From a virus (Duplodnaviria > Caudoviricetes): a DNA stretch of 64,000 bases. Below, piece after piece: positions 37,305-47,001 of this stretch. Within the stretch, counting starts at the first letter, position 1. Each line of letters opens with the position of its first letter. Location of the stretch: IMG/VR virus record IMGVR_UViG_3300027747_002427; one strand, given 5' to 3'. The notes beneath the pieces are model-generated. The model did not search any database. It was given only the letters and a program-made list of their open reading frames with translations, and was not told the DNA's origin. A program made the position numbers and the translations under genes.

Positions 37305-39861
37305 ATAGATCTGTCTGTGTTTCTGCTCCCATTGTAGGTAAATCCCATCCAATACAGTCATAAACTCTCTGAATTGGTGGAGATACTATCTTGTCAAACA
37401 TGACTTGGTGGTTAATTTTAATATGCTCATTGAGTTCTACAGGATAGTGATCCATAAATGCCATGACCTTATAGTTAAAAGGGTTTTTAGCCGCATAGAA
37501 ATATTTCATCTTCATACCACTTGGAATAGATTCGTACAAATGATCTATTCCATAATGTTTTAATAGATTGTTATAATGTATTGCTGCCTTAGCATGAATA
37601 GGTGTACCCTTACCAATCTTACCATCCTTATCTATTTTAGCTTCTTGTTTTTCTATATCTGAAATTTTACTTCTGATAGCAAGTTCTTCTGCTTTCATTT
37701 CTTTGAAACTTTCATAAGCCTCTCTAAAGATTTCATTAGACTTCTTTTTATCTTCTGAAAGCATTGCAAGTTCAATTACATTTTTAATTAAACCTTTAAC
37801 TTCATTAGAAATAGATGAGCGTGCTACTTCTACACCGACATATTTAAATGGATCTTTTGGAGTATAACCTTCTTTATCTAGAATATGAAGAATATATCTT
37901 TTCTTTTCCATGAACAATCCTACATCACAAATAGTCTCTTGCTTGAAAACAAATCGTGGATCTGATGATTTTAATTGTTCTCTAGCCCAAACAAGAATTT
38001 CTGTATTAAGATAATTGTCAATTTCTTTGGTTACATTTCTTGCTTCTTCTGTTAGTTTACCATCTTTAACCAAATCAATACCTAAATGAGTAAGAACTGG
38101 TTGAATAGAAAAATATGCTGAGTCTGTATCACCATAAAGATATATCTTTTCCTTTTCTACTTTACATCCTTTCTTAATTGCATAATCATAAACAATCTCT
38201 GCTGCTTGTTTAACTACAGACTGACCGGTCAATGTAATACTAGCGGAGTGGTCTATGTCAAAAAGAGGGGAATACTTTTGTGCAAATACTCCATAGATAG
38301 AATTCAATACAAGCTTATAAACATTCTGTTGAGTATCTAAATTAAGAATCTCTTGTTCTATCTTATCCTTTTCTTTCTTATCTTTAATGGATGGTAAAGA
38401 TTTCTCTCTTTTAATCATTTCATTCTTTGCATCAACACGCTCTTTATACAAGCGATCAATGAGGTTAGGAATGACTCCTTTAAACTTTTGTGTATACAAT
38501 ACGTTATATTTGGATATTGAAAGATTTTCTTTTTGGACAAGCTTATTAAACTTCTCTTCTGAAAGAGTTACAGTCTTCTCATTAGCCAATTTTATAGTGT
38601 ATTGCTTGTCTTCAATAGTAGATATTTTACCTATTTTTGTCTCAGGAGATATATTAAGAGTAATAATAGTATTAGGATATAGACTGTTTGCATCATAACT
38701 AACAACAGACTTACTTAACCCTCTCTCTGGCTCGTGGACGTAACCTCCTACATATTCATCTCTTACGCCATCGTTCTTAAATGTAGGAATAACATAACCT
38801 TGAATAGCTGCTTGATGTGCTACAGCTCCGGTAATCATAGATACCTTACCCATAGCTTGTTCAAAAGGAATGAATCCTTTGTAAGAAAGTGTTCTTACAA
38901 GCTTTATAAATTTGAGCTTCTCATCCAACTTAACAAGAATTCTTACGTCTTGTATATTATAGTCTACAAATTTACTCCAATCTTCTACAGATAATTGAGC
39001 CAGGTTGGATACCCCGGTGTCAATCTTTCCTTCTTTTAATTCATATTCTCCTACATAATTCAAAGAATAAGATTCACGTTCTCCTCTTGAAAAGGTTTTA
39101 TAAACCTCCATATAATCAATGTTACTAACACCTCGGATATACCAACGATTGATCATCTTGCCGAATTTATTCATGGCTACATTCTCTCTATAATAAAGAG
39201 AATTAACTGGTGAAAGCCTCGCAGCATCTTCTTCACCAAAAAGATTATGAAGACGATTCATAATATAAGGAATATCAAATCCTTCACCATTCCAAGTACT
39301 AAGAATATCTGGAGGATCCTTCTCCCAGAATTCTATAAATCCTTTAAGCATTGCTGTCTCTGTAGGATAATAAAAATAAGTTACATCTTTATCCGTAGGA
39401 GTATAAGGCTTGATACCAAAAGAATAATATTTTTGCTTTATACTATCATAAAGAGTAATAAGATTAATAGGATCTTTAGCTAATTCTGGAACTGGAAACT
39501 CATTTGGTGAATAGGTTTCAATATCCAAAAAGTAAACCTTAAGTGGATTTAAACCAAAGTCTATCTTATTGACATCATCTTTATATGTAGACAATAAGAA
39601 ATCTTGTTCGCAACTAAGATTATGAAATAATCTTTTTATAGGAGTCTCATTAACAAATTTACTTCTATCAAACTGATTTTTAAATTTAACCTTCTTTAAT
39701 GGTGTGTTAAAGATCGAAGTAGCATCATGAGCTGAAGAAGACTCAATATACAAATGAGGCTCATAATCAGCCACAAGCTTAATCCTATTACCATTCTCAT
39801 CCCACGTCCAGAGATGAATGACTCCTTGTCTTCCATCATAGAAAATATTTCTCCACGCCAT
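37285..39861 (-). CDS. gp43: Family B DNA polymerase (gp43-like)
   Basis: Exonuclease LDIET, WNGEGFD, YNIQD; polymerase SYDANSLYP, KLVLNSIYG, YGDTDS. Confidence 0.97.
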   Translation of the reverse strand: MAWRNIFYDGRQGVIHLWTWDENGNRIKLVADYEPHLYIESSSAHDATSIFNTPLKKVKFKNQFDRSKFVNETPIKRLFHNLSCEQDFLLSTYKDDVNKIDFGLNPLKVYFLDIETYSPNEFPVPELAKDPINLITLYDSIKQKYYSFGIKPYTPTDKDVTYFYYPTETAMLKGFIEFWEKDPPDILSTWNGEGFDIPYIMNRLHNLFGEEDAARLSPVNSLYYRENVAMNKFGKMINRWYIRGVSNIDYMEVYKTFSRGERESYSLNYVGEYELKEGKIDTGVSNLAQLSVEDWSKFVDYNIQDVRILVKLDEKLKFIKLVRTLSYKGFIPFEQAMGKVSMITGAVAHQAAIQGYVIPTFKNDGVRDEYVGGYVHEPERGLSKSVVSYDANSLYPNTIITLNISPETKIGKISTIEDKQYTIKLANEKTVTLSEEKFNKLVQKENLSISKYNVLYTQKFKGVIPNLIDRLYKERVDAKNEMIKREKSLPSIKDKKEKDKIEQEILNLDTQQNVYKLVLNSIYGVFAQKYSPLFDIDHSASITLTGQSVVKQAAEIVYDYAIKKGCKVEKEKIYLYGDTDSAYFSIQPVLTHLGIDLVKDGKLTEEARNVTKEIDNYLNTEILVWAREQLKSSDPRFVFKQETICDVGLFMEKKRYILHILDKEGYTPKDPFKYVGVEVARSSISNEVKGLIKNVIELAMLSEDKKKSNEIFREAYESFKEMKAEELAIRSKISDIEKQEAKIDKDGKIGKGTPIHAKAAIHYNNLLKHYGIDHLYESIPSGMKMKYFYAAKNPFNYKVMAFMDHYPVELNEHIKINHQVMFDKIVSPPIQRVYDCIGWDLPTMGAETQTDLFDLLGL

Positions 39862-39870
39862 ATTAAGATA

Positions 39871-40407
39871 TTATACTACCTTAATACCATTTTCAATAAA
39901 TTCTTTTACTTCTTCATCTATAATAGGATTACCTTCATGGAGAATATCTGAAACGGTTTTATACAAATCAAAAGCTTTACGCTCAAAGAAATTTGTAGCT
40001 TTCTCAAATCCTAATGTATCAATCCAACAATTCATTTGAGGATATTGAGGAGCAGCATGAAAGATACACCCATTATGAAAATTACCAATCCAACAAAGAA
40101 GAAAGATAGCTCCCTTAAGCTCTTTATCTTTAACCATATATTCAAAGAAAACTGCTCTTTCTTCTGGAGCCTTGCCTACATAACGATTTAATTTAGTAAT
40201 GTATTCTCCATCTAAAAAGATAATAGAACGACCTTTGGATGTTGTATGATCCTTTAATGCTTTGACATTATTATCATTCATATAGACCTTACGCAAGGTA
40301 GGCCATTTTACATTTACACCCCTCGTAGAAAAGAATGGCGACTCCTGTAAAGGCTGTCGATTCATTGATACTTTTTTATTTTGACGAAGGTCTAATGTAT
40401 TACTCAT
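39871..40407 (-). CDS. Hypothetical protein
   Basis: 178 aa; TTGGTT-N17-TACTAT 6 nt upstream of ATG. Confidence 0.6.
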   Translation of the reverse strand: MSNTLDLRQNKKVSMNRQPLQESPFFSTRGVNVKWPTLRKVYMNDNNVKALKDHTTSKGRSIIFLDGEYITKLNRYVGKAPEERAVFFEYMVKDKELKGAIFLLCWIGNFHNGCIFHAAPQYPQMNCWIDTLGFEKATNFFERKAFDLYKTVSDILHEGNPIIDEEVKEFIENGIKVV

Positions 40408-40450
40408 ACATTAATAGTATGATATAATAAGAGGAAAACCAAGAAAAATC

Positions 40451-41767
40451 TTACACCTTTTGATCCAAATTATTAGCAATCAATATAGGACTCTTTTTAT
40501 TTCTCTCTTCTGAACCCCATTCTGTAAAGTATAAAGCCTCATATTCATCTAAGTGATCTTCTAACCAAAGACCCTCAGCAAATTTACGACCCTTATCTGA
40601 AAGGTTCATATAACGATCAAAATCTGAAGTAATGTATTCTAATTGTTGAATAAGATCTGATCCATTTTTAAAGCTAATATCTGCACCTTCATAAGTGCAA
40701 ATATCTTGGAAAACTCCTGGCATACCAAATGCTCCTGCTTCAATCATCTTAATATTACTCTTAGACTTATTAAATACATTATCTTGTAAAGCTGCAAATG
40801 ATACATTGCACTTAGCATCATAGATACCTTGTGGATAATCTGGAAGAGCTGACCAATCAATGTATTCCATTTCTCCATTATCAATATATGGCTTCAAAGC
40901 TAATGGATAACATCCTTTCCAAACAAATTTAAATTTCTTACGAGCCTTGATGATTTCCTGTACTACATGAGCAAAATCATCATTCATTCCTGTTCTATTG
41001 ATTACATCAATGTGAGTGCCAGACCCAGCATAAAGAACTCTAGGACGCTTTTTGTTCTTTTCGTAAAGATCAATAACGTGTTGTTTATTATAAAATCTAT
41101 CAAGCCAAGACTTAGGAGCATAATTTGGAATAACTGTAATCTTTTTATTACCTGTCTTATTGATGTAATAATCTTTCATGTATTGGCATGTGACGGTTAT
41201 TTCATCCATCATTTCCATAATACCCAATATACTCTTAACAATACTTTCATCTACAAATGCATCTTTGCATCTATTATAATCTGGGATATCATCTTTAAAA
41301 ACAATATCATCCACTTCATAAAGCAAACGGAATCCCATTTCTTTACTAGCCTTTTTAAGTTCTGTAATAAACTGCTTCTGCATTGGCGTAGCCTGTCTTT
41401 GCATTCTAATAGCTTTAATGCCTTGATAAAAACGAATATCCATTACCATGCATGTCAAACCGGAAATACAAGCTTTTTGATATTGATTCAAAGCAAATTC
41501 TGGCCAAATCATTCTCCAGAAACCACAACCACCGTAATCTGCATAGTAGTTTAAAGCTCTTGGTAAACTGGTTTCTGGCATCTCTAATGGTGGTGGTCCA
41601 GGAACCTGTACTGGATTAATAGCTACATAAGAGTATGAAGGCATTCCAGGAGGAAGAGCTGGTGGATTGTGAGGGAAGCCACCATTAATAGCTTTATATT
41701 CAAACACAATTTTATTTTTAGTGTCTATAGGTTGAGAGATCTCTGGAGTCTTTATTTTTAAAGCCAT
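40451..41767 (-). CDS. GT-B fold glycosyltransferase
   Basis: YADYGGCGFWRM, YEVDD, ITVTCQYM, VIPNY, YAGSGTH, FNKSKSNIKMIEAG. Confidence 0.75.
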   Translation of the reverse strand: MALKIKTPEISQPIDTKNKIVFEYKAINGGFPHNPPALPPGMPSYSYVAINPVQVPGPPPLEMPETSLPRALNYYADYGGCGFWRMIWPEFALNQYQKACISGLTCMVMDIRFYQGIKAIRMQRQATPMQKQFITELKKASKEMGFRLLYEVDDIVFKDDIPDYNRCKDAFVDESIVKSILGIMEMMDEITVTCQYMKDYYINKTGNKKITVIPNYAPKSWLDRFYNKQHVIDLYEKNKKRPRVLYAGSGTHIDVINRTGMNDDFAHVVQEIIKARKKFKFVWKGCYPLALKPYIDNGEMEYIDWSALPDYPQGIYDAKCNVSFAALQDNVFNKSKSNIKMIEAGAFGMPGVFQDICTYEGADISFKNGSDLIQQLEYITSDFDRYMNLSDKGRKFAEGLWLEDHLDEYEALYFTEWGSEERNKKSPILIANNLDQKV

Positions 41768-41800
41768 ATATTAAATTTATAAACTATTGTTAAAAGGCAA

Positions 41801-42571
41801 TTAAACTTTAAGAGCTTTGTTCCAAATTAACAATTGTAATCTTGGGCTAAAATTAACATGCATTGCCTTAGCATACTCTGCTACTGCTGGTGCTCTTTCT
41901 ACGTGCTCTTCTCTAGAACCACAGCAAGGCATAAACCAAATGCGATTAAGTGGTATATTAATACCATTGTTATCTTTAACATATTTCTCCCAAATCTCTT
42001 CAATGTCTTCTGCAACATTAATAACAAACTTAAATCCTGATCCATTGCTTACATGCCATTTAAGAACTTCTGGCTTGTAAGTCTTATCTTCAGGATCACC
42101 ATTTGAACGAAGCTTGGGAGATGTAGTAAATGTAGCCCCAAAAGCTTTCCACTCTGGAGCTGGTGTTAGTGTAGCATTAGTTTCAAAATCTATGCGAGGC
42201 ACAATTTCATATCTCGCTATAAAGGATCTAATAAATTTGATTAATTGATTTTGCTGAATAAGAGGTTCTCCTCCTGTAAGCTTTAGAATTGCTCCATTAC
42301 GAAGATGTTCTATATAGTTATTATCTTCCATAAGTTGGAAGATTTCTGCAAATGTCATCTTATTCTTTACAGACCAAGAAATAAATGAATCACATCCGTT
42401 AGGTGAATCTTCAGAAGCAAAACCAATGCATGTAAGATTACACATAGACATACGCATAAAGACCGAAGGTACGCCTACATATTCTCCTTCTCCTTCTATG
42501 GTATAAAATACTTTATCATCTGATAGGAATAAGGTTTCTTGGTTAATGTCAATTAAAGAATTCATTGTCAT
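41801..42571 (-). CDS. queE: 7-carboxy-7-deazaguanine synthase (radical SAM QueE)
   Basis: FYTIEGEG..VG.PSVFMR, C.L.C...C (with insertion), TGGEP, ETN, SPKL, KFVI, SPRLQ; start may be Met3 at 42565. Confidence 0.88.
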   Translation of the reverse strand: MTMNSLIDINQETLFLSDDKVFYTIEGEGEYVGVPSVFMRMSMCNLTCIGFASEDSPNGCDSFISWSVKNKMTFAEIFQLMEDNNYIEHLRNGAILKLTGGEPLIQQNQLIKFIRSFIARYEIVPRIDFETNATLTPAPEWKAFGATFTTSPKLRSNGDPEDKTYKPEVLKWHVSNGSGFKFVINVAEDIEEIWEKYVKDNNGINIPLNRIWFMPCCGSREEHVERAPAVAEYAKAMHVNFSPRLQLLIWNKALKV

Positions 42572-42584
42572 ATTTTAGTATATT

Positions 42585-44396
42585 TTAAACTAACATCAAC
42601 CTTGTTTTACCATTTATCTTTTCTAATTGAATGATGTTATCTAACCCGTTCTTGATAACGGATTTGTTGTGAGAGACTATATAAACACTTTCGTCATAGT
42701 CTTCAACTCTTGTTTTTAAAATTTCCAATATCTTTTCTGCTCCCTTCTCATCTACTGCAGAATCTAATAATTCATCATACATACTAAGAGAAAAGGATGT
42801 CCCGGTTTGTGTTCTTAATACATCTTGAAACATAAAGAGAATAGCTAAATCAATTCTTTTACGCTCTCCTCCACTAAAATTAAAATATGAACATTCTTTG
42901 CCTTGATCATTGTATATGGATTCTTCAAATATCTCATTAAATTCACACTTACAAGGAGCTTCTAGAATTTGTAAATAATGATTAAGTCTAGAATTTAAAA
43001 GATTTAACATCTTTTTAATAATGTATGTCTTTACACCTTCTTCCGAAACAACATATTTGGCTGTATCTAAAATGGTTAATTTCTTTTGTATTACTTGTAT
43101 TTGTTTTTCAGATTCTAAAATTTCAGTTTCTACATTATCTATAAGCTCCAATACACCATCTTTTTCATTTCTTAGAGTGGAGATTTCTTCAAGAATTTCT
43201 ACATTTCTTTTTTCTAATTGGCTCAATTCTTGTATAGCAAGAGCTAAATCACCCTTATCTTTATTGAGAGCCTTTATTTTTTGTTTAGTAGATGTAATAG
43301 CTGATTCTACTTTGGTTTCTTTTTTATTTAAATCTTCTAGAATCTTTCTCAAAGGTTCTTTTTTATCTTGAAGGGGTATTAATTTATCTTCTATTTCTTT
43401 TAAACAATCTTCTAAATTAGCATTTTCATCATACTTTCTTTTACAAGTAGGACAAGATGAATCTGTTTTTAATTTTTCTTTTTGCTTTTCTAAAGTTTTA
43501 GATTCATAATTAATTTGTAAAAGTTCTGTATTAGTATCAGAAGCAGACTTTTTAACCTTCTTTAAGCCCTCTTCAAGAGCTTCGAGATCAGATTCTTTGC
43601 TCTGTATCTCTTTGTCCAAATCATTAATTCTTCCATTCACTGAATCTTGATTCGATACATTTTTAATCTTTTGGTTATTAGCTTCTATTTTATCTTTTAA
43701 AGCTAATATTTTATTATTTTTAACTTCTTCATTTTTATCTGCTTGGCTCTTATATAGTTTTAAATTTCTTTGTTGATCTATAAATTTAGATCCAATTATA
43801 TCATTTTCTTTTTTAATATCATTATAATCTGATCTTGCCTGTAAAAGCATTTGACCAAAAATACCTAAATTTAAAATACCTTCTACAAATTTTCTTTTGT
43901 CTACCTTCTTTTGTGCCATGAAAGGTAAGGTATTATTAGCTGTCATAATGACCGCATTTTGAAATACCTCTTCATTAGCTCCTATTAATTCTTTGATATA
44001 TTCATTGGTCTCAGGCATTGTTGAGTGCGTCATGTCTACATCTTTTTGATCAACATGAGAAAATACACTCACTTTACTTGGTTCTAATGATCTCTTAATA
44101 GTATAAGGAATAGTTTGACTGCCATTAAAAATATTAAAACTTAAAATCACTTCACAACCTTTTTTAGTTTGATGGTGTATAATTTTATCTTTTTTAATAT
44201 CTCTCATGGTGACTCCAAATAAACACCAATATAAAGATTCAATCACAGTGCTTTTACCTACACCATTACGACCTCCCTTATCACGATTTTCTCCAGTAAT
44301 AAGGTTAACACCTTTTTGAAAAGATATCTCTAGAGGATCTTCTCCTACGGAAAGAAAATTTTGTATTTTGACACTATTAAAAATAACGCTTCTCAT
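42585..44396 (-). CDS. gp46: Recombination endonuclease ATPase subunit (gp46/Rad50-like)
   Basis: NFLS, NGVGKS Walker A, coiled coil with CPTC hook, FSGGE signature, YDELLDSAVD, VSH. Confidence 0.95.
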   Translation of the reverse strand: MRSVIFNSVKIQNFLSVGEDPLEISFQKGVNLITGENRDKGGRNGVGKSTVIESLYWCLFGVTMRDIKKDKIIHHQTKKGCEVILSFNIFNGSQTIPYTIKRSLEPSKVSVFSHVDQKDVDMTHSTMPETNEYIKELIGANEEVFQNAVIMTANNTLPFMAQKKVDKRKFVEGILNLGIFGQMLLQARSDYNDIKKENDIIGSKFIDQQRNLKLYKSQADKNEEVKNNKILALKDKIEANNQKIKNVSNQDSVNGRINDLDKEIQSKESDLEALEEGLKKVKKSASDTNTELLQINYESKTLEKQKEKLKTDSSCPTCKRKYDENANLEDCLKEIEDKLIPLQDKKEPLRKILEDLNKKETKVESAITSTKQKIKALNKDKGDLALAIQELSQLEKRNVEILEEISTLRNEKDGVLELIDNVETEILESEKQIQVIQKKLTILDTAKYVVSEEGVKTYIIKKMLNLLNSRLNHYLQILEAPCKCEFNEIFEESIYNDQGKECSYFNFSGGERKRIDLAILFMFQDVLRTQTGTSFSLSMYDELLDSAVDEKGAEKILEILKTRVEDYDESVYIVSHNKSVIKNGLDNIIQLEKINGKTRLMLV

Positions 44397-45304
44397 TTAT
44401 TTTCTAAAATCCAATTTTTAACATCTATGGTAGGTTTGTAATTTAAATATTTTTGAGCTTCTGTTATATCAGCTAATGTATGTTCTGCTTCACCAGCTCT
44501 TGCTGGAATATATTCAATATTATTATCGATAAGTCTAGCTATATCTTTTATTGATATATTTTGACCGGTTCCTATATTGTAAAGATTTCTACCTTCATGG
44601 GTTTCTGTCTCTGCTGCTAATATATTAACGTTTGCTATATCATATACATGAACAAAATCTCTACATTGTTCTCCATTTCCTACTATTGTTAAAGGTTCTT
44701 TATTAGCTTTCTGACGTAAAAATATTCCTATAACCGGAGCATAAGGACCTGTTCGAGGACTTCTTTCACCGAAAACATTAAAGTAACGAAATACAATTGT
44801 TTTCAATCCAAACATTTTTGTATACATTTCTACCATTTGTTCTCCGGAATATTTTGTAGCAGAATAAGGATTTAAACAATCTATTGGTTCGTTTTCATCT
44901 GTAGGTAATTTACATAAATTACCATAAACTGAGGATGTAGATGAATATATAAACTTCTCTATATTGTATAATCTACTATATTGAAGCATCTTAGTAGTGC
45001 CAACAGCATTTATTTCTACAGCTCTTATTGGATTAAGAATAGCTGGTCCTATTCTAGACTCAGCTGCAAGATGAAAAACATATTTTACATTTTCAAAAAT
45101 CTCTTTATGAGGCAAAGAATCATCATTGATATCAAATTTGTAATATGTTGCTAAATTATTAAAGTAAAATTTTTCATTAGACTCTGCTGAAAGATTGTCT
45201 ATAACAAGAACTTCATAACCCTTTTCCAGGAGTTTATCTACTAAATGACTTCCTATAAAGCCGCATCCTCCGGTTACTACTACTTTATTTTTTAAATTGC
45301 TCAT
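44393..45304 (-). CDS. NAD-dependent nucleotide-sugar epimerase/dehydratase (extended SDR)
   Basis: TGGCGFIGSH, HLAA, SSTSSVYG, YSATK, RYFNVFG, RDFVHV. Confidence 0.92.
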   Translation of the reverse strand: MSNLKNKVVVTGGCGFIGSHLVDKLLEKGYEVLVIDNLSAESNEKFYFNNLATYYKFDINDDSLPHKEIFENVKYVFHLAAESRIGPAILNPIRAVEINAVGTTKMLQYSRLYNIEKFIYSSTSSVYGNLCKLPTDENEPIDCLNPYSATKYSGEQMVEMYTKMFGLKTIVFRYFNVFGERSPRTGPYAPVIGIFLRQKANKEPLTIVGNGEQCRDFVHVYDIANVNILAAETETHEGRNLYNIGTGQNISIKDIARLIDNNIEYIPARAGEAEHTLADITEAQKYLNYKPTIDVKNWILENK

Positions 45305-46016
45305 GTATTAATGTTTTAAATTTAGTTGTACTCCATCCATGATCTCTGTTTATAAAAACTTCTGGTATGTTTAAATCTTTACCAGTATAATCTCTTTCTC
45401 TGTAATCATCACCCATGATTCTTATATCAAAAGAATTTTCTTTTAAAATATTATAAAGATCCTTTTCCGTTTTATAAACAATTATATCATTAATATACCT
45501 TATAGAAGACAAAATTTCAACTCTTTCTTCTACAGAATGAATAGGTTTAATTTTTTCTGAGCGATCTAATGAAGGATCTTCATGGAGTAAAATAGTGAGA
45601 TGATCACAATAATTCTTTGCTTCTTTAAATGCTTGAATATAACCAAAATGAATTACATCAAAAGACCCTATCAATACACCTTTCTTTTGATTTATAGGTT
45701 TAAAATATGAATCACTATGAATTGCTTTATCATCTATAAAAAAGTCATAAGGAGGTTTGCCTAATATTAATTCATGATATTTTAATCCCCAATAATTTAA
45801 TTGGTTTTTTGTAAGTTGGTAATACTTGTCTAACACTAAAGCTAGATTACCTTTAAATTCTGTGGTACCCCTTGCAGTATATATTTTTATATAATGACCC
45901 TTATCATAAAGATCATTAACTATTTTTATGCGTTCTAAAATAGGTTCTGCATTGATGTAGCCTTTACTTTTAGTAATACATAAAGTATTATCCAAATCAA
46001 AACAATATATTTCCAT
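45285..46016 (-). CDS. Fused HAD phosphatase + HIGH-type nucleotidyltransferase
   Basis: N-terminal FDLDNT, YTARG, GKP..D.FIDDK; C-terminal GSFDVIHFGY, ER.E.L, GDDY, GWSTT. Confidence 0.8.
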   Translation of the reverse strand: MEIYCFDLDNTLCITKSKGYINAEPILERIKIVNDLYDKGHYIKIYTARGTTEFKGNLALVLDKYYQLTKNQLNYWGLKYHELILGKPPYDFFIDDKAIHSDSYFKPINQKKGVLIGSFDVIHFGYIQAFKEAKNYCDHLTILLHEDPSLDRSEKIKPIHSVEERVEILSSIRYINDIIVYKTEKDLYNILKENSFDIRIMGDDYRERDYTGKDLNIPEVFINRDHGWSTTKFKTLIHEQFKK

Positions 46017-46017
46017 A

Positions 46018-47001
46018 TTAATTAGTAAAATTACCTAAGATCATAGACCCGTGATTATCTAATCCAAAATGCAATCTAGGGAATCCATTATCATTCATAA
46101 AAGCATCTAATTTGTCTTGATTATTAGGACAATATAATAATAAAAATCCACCACCACCAGCTCCAATTATTTTTCCACCTAGTACATTAAAGTATTTCTT
46201 GGTATGTTCATAAATGTTATCTACAATAGGTACAGAAATCTTATTAGATAATTGTTTTTTAAGTTGCCAATACTCATCCATTAAAGAACCATAGGATATA
46301 AAATCACCTTCTCTTAGATATGAGATTGTTTTTAATCCATGTTCTTTAACTATTTTTAAAATGTCTTCTGAATTACCTTTAAGTTTCTGTTGATCTGAAA
46401 GTACTTCTGATGCATCTCTCTTAATGTTTAAATAATAAACACACAAATGTGATACAAAATTATTAATCAAGCTTTGATTTAATTTTAAATCTTCTACATT
46501 TACTTTACCTTCTGTATCTATGTTAAGAATTTTTATTCCTCCATATGCTGCTATATATTGATCCTGTTTACCTACTGGTTCTTTGAGTCTATTAATTTCA
46601 ATATCACAAGCTTCTTCTGCTAGTATATGTGGTTCTCTGTTAAGTTTTTTATATTCCCTAATGCAATTCAAAGTGCCTACCAAGAAACTGCCAGAAGAAC
46701 CTAATCCTGTATTGGACGGTAAATCAGCACAGGAATTAATTTCACAGCTATTATTAATCTTATGAATTAACAATGCTTCCTTGGCTCTATGATTTTTTAA
46801 TTCTGAAACATCATTTACTATCTCTATTTGAGAGTAACGAAGCTTTAATTGTTTTTCAAAATGATCTGGTTTATATGTCAAATAGATATATTTGTCTATA
46901 GCCATAGATACCACCAATCCTCCGTGCTTAGAATAAAAGCTTGGTAAATCTGTACCACCACCACCTAATGTTATTCTTAAAGGAGTTCTACTAATAATCA
47001 T
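46018..47001 (-). CDS. hddA: D-glycero-D-manno-heptose-7-phosphate kinase (GHMP, HddA-like)
   Basis: TPLRITLGGGGTD, LPSNTGLGSSG, VGKQDQY, GGKIIGAGGGGF. Confidence 0.88.
   Translation of the reverse strand: MIISRTPLRITLGGGGTDLPSFYSKHGGLVVSMAIDKYIYLTYKPDHFEKQLKLRYSQIEIVNDVSELKNHRAKEALLIHKINNSCEINSCADLPSNTGLGSSGSFLVGTLNCIREYKKLNREPHILAEEACDIEINRLKEPVGKQDQYIAAYGGIKILNIDTEGKVNVEDLKLNQSLINNFVSHLCVYYLNIKRDASEVLSDQQKLKGNSEDILKIVKEHGLKTISYLREGDFISYGSLMDEYWQLKKQLSNKISVPIVDNIYEHTKKYFNVLGGKIIGAGGGGFLLLYCPNNQDKLDAFMNDNGFPRLHFGLDNHGSMILGNFTN

Noticed and set aside
37285-39861. Intein or intron in the DNA polymerase (also checked in terminase, helicase and UvsX)
   Set aside because: Motifs are continuous and lengths normal; no splicing or LAGLIDADG motifs seen
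38387-43371. Plus-strand ORFs within gp43, the GT-B gene, queE and gp46
   Set aside because: Antisense shadows with no independent signals
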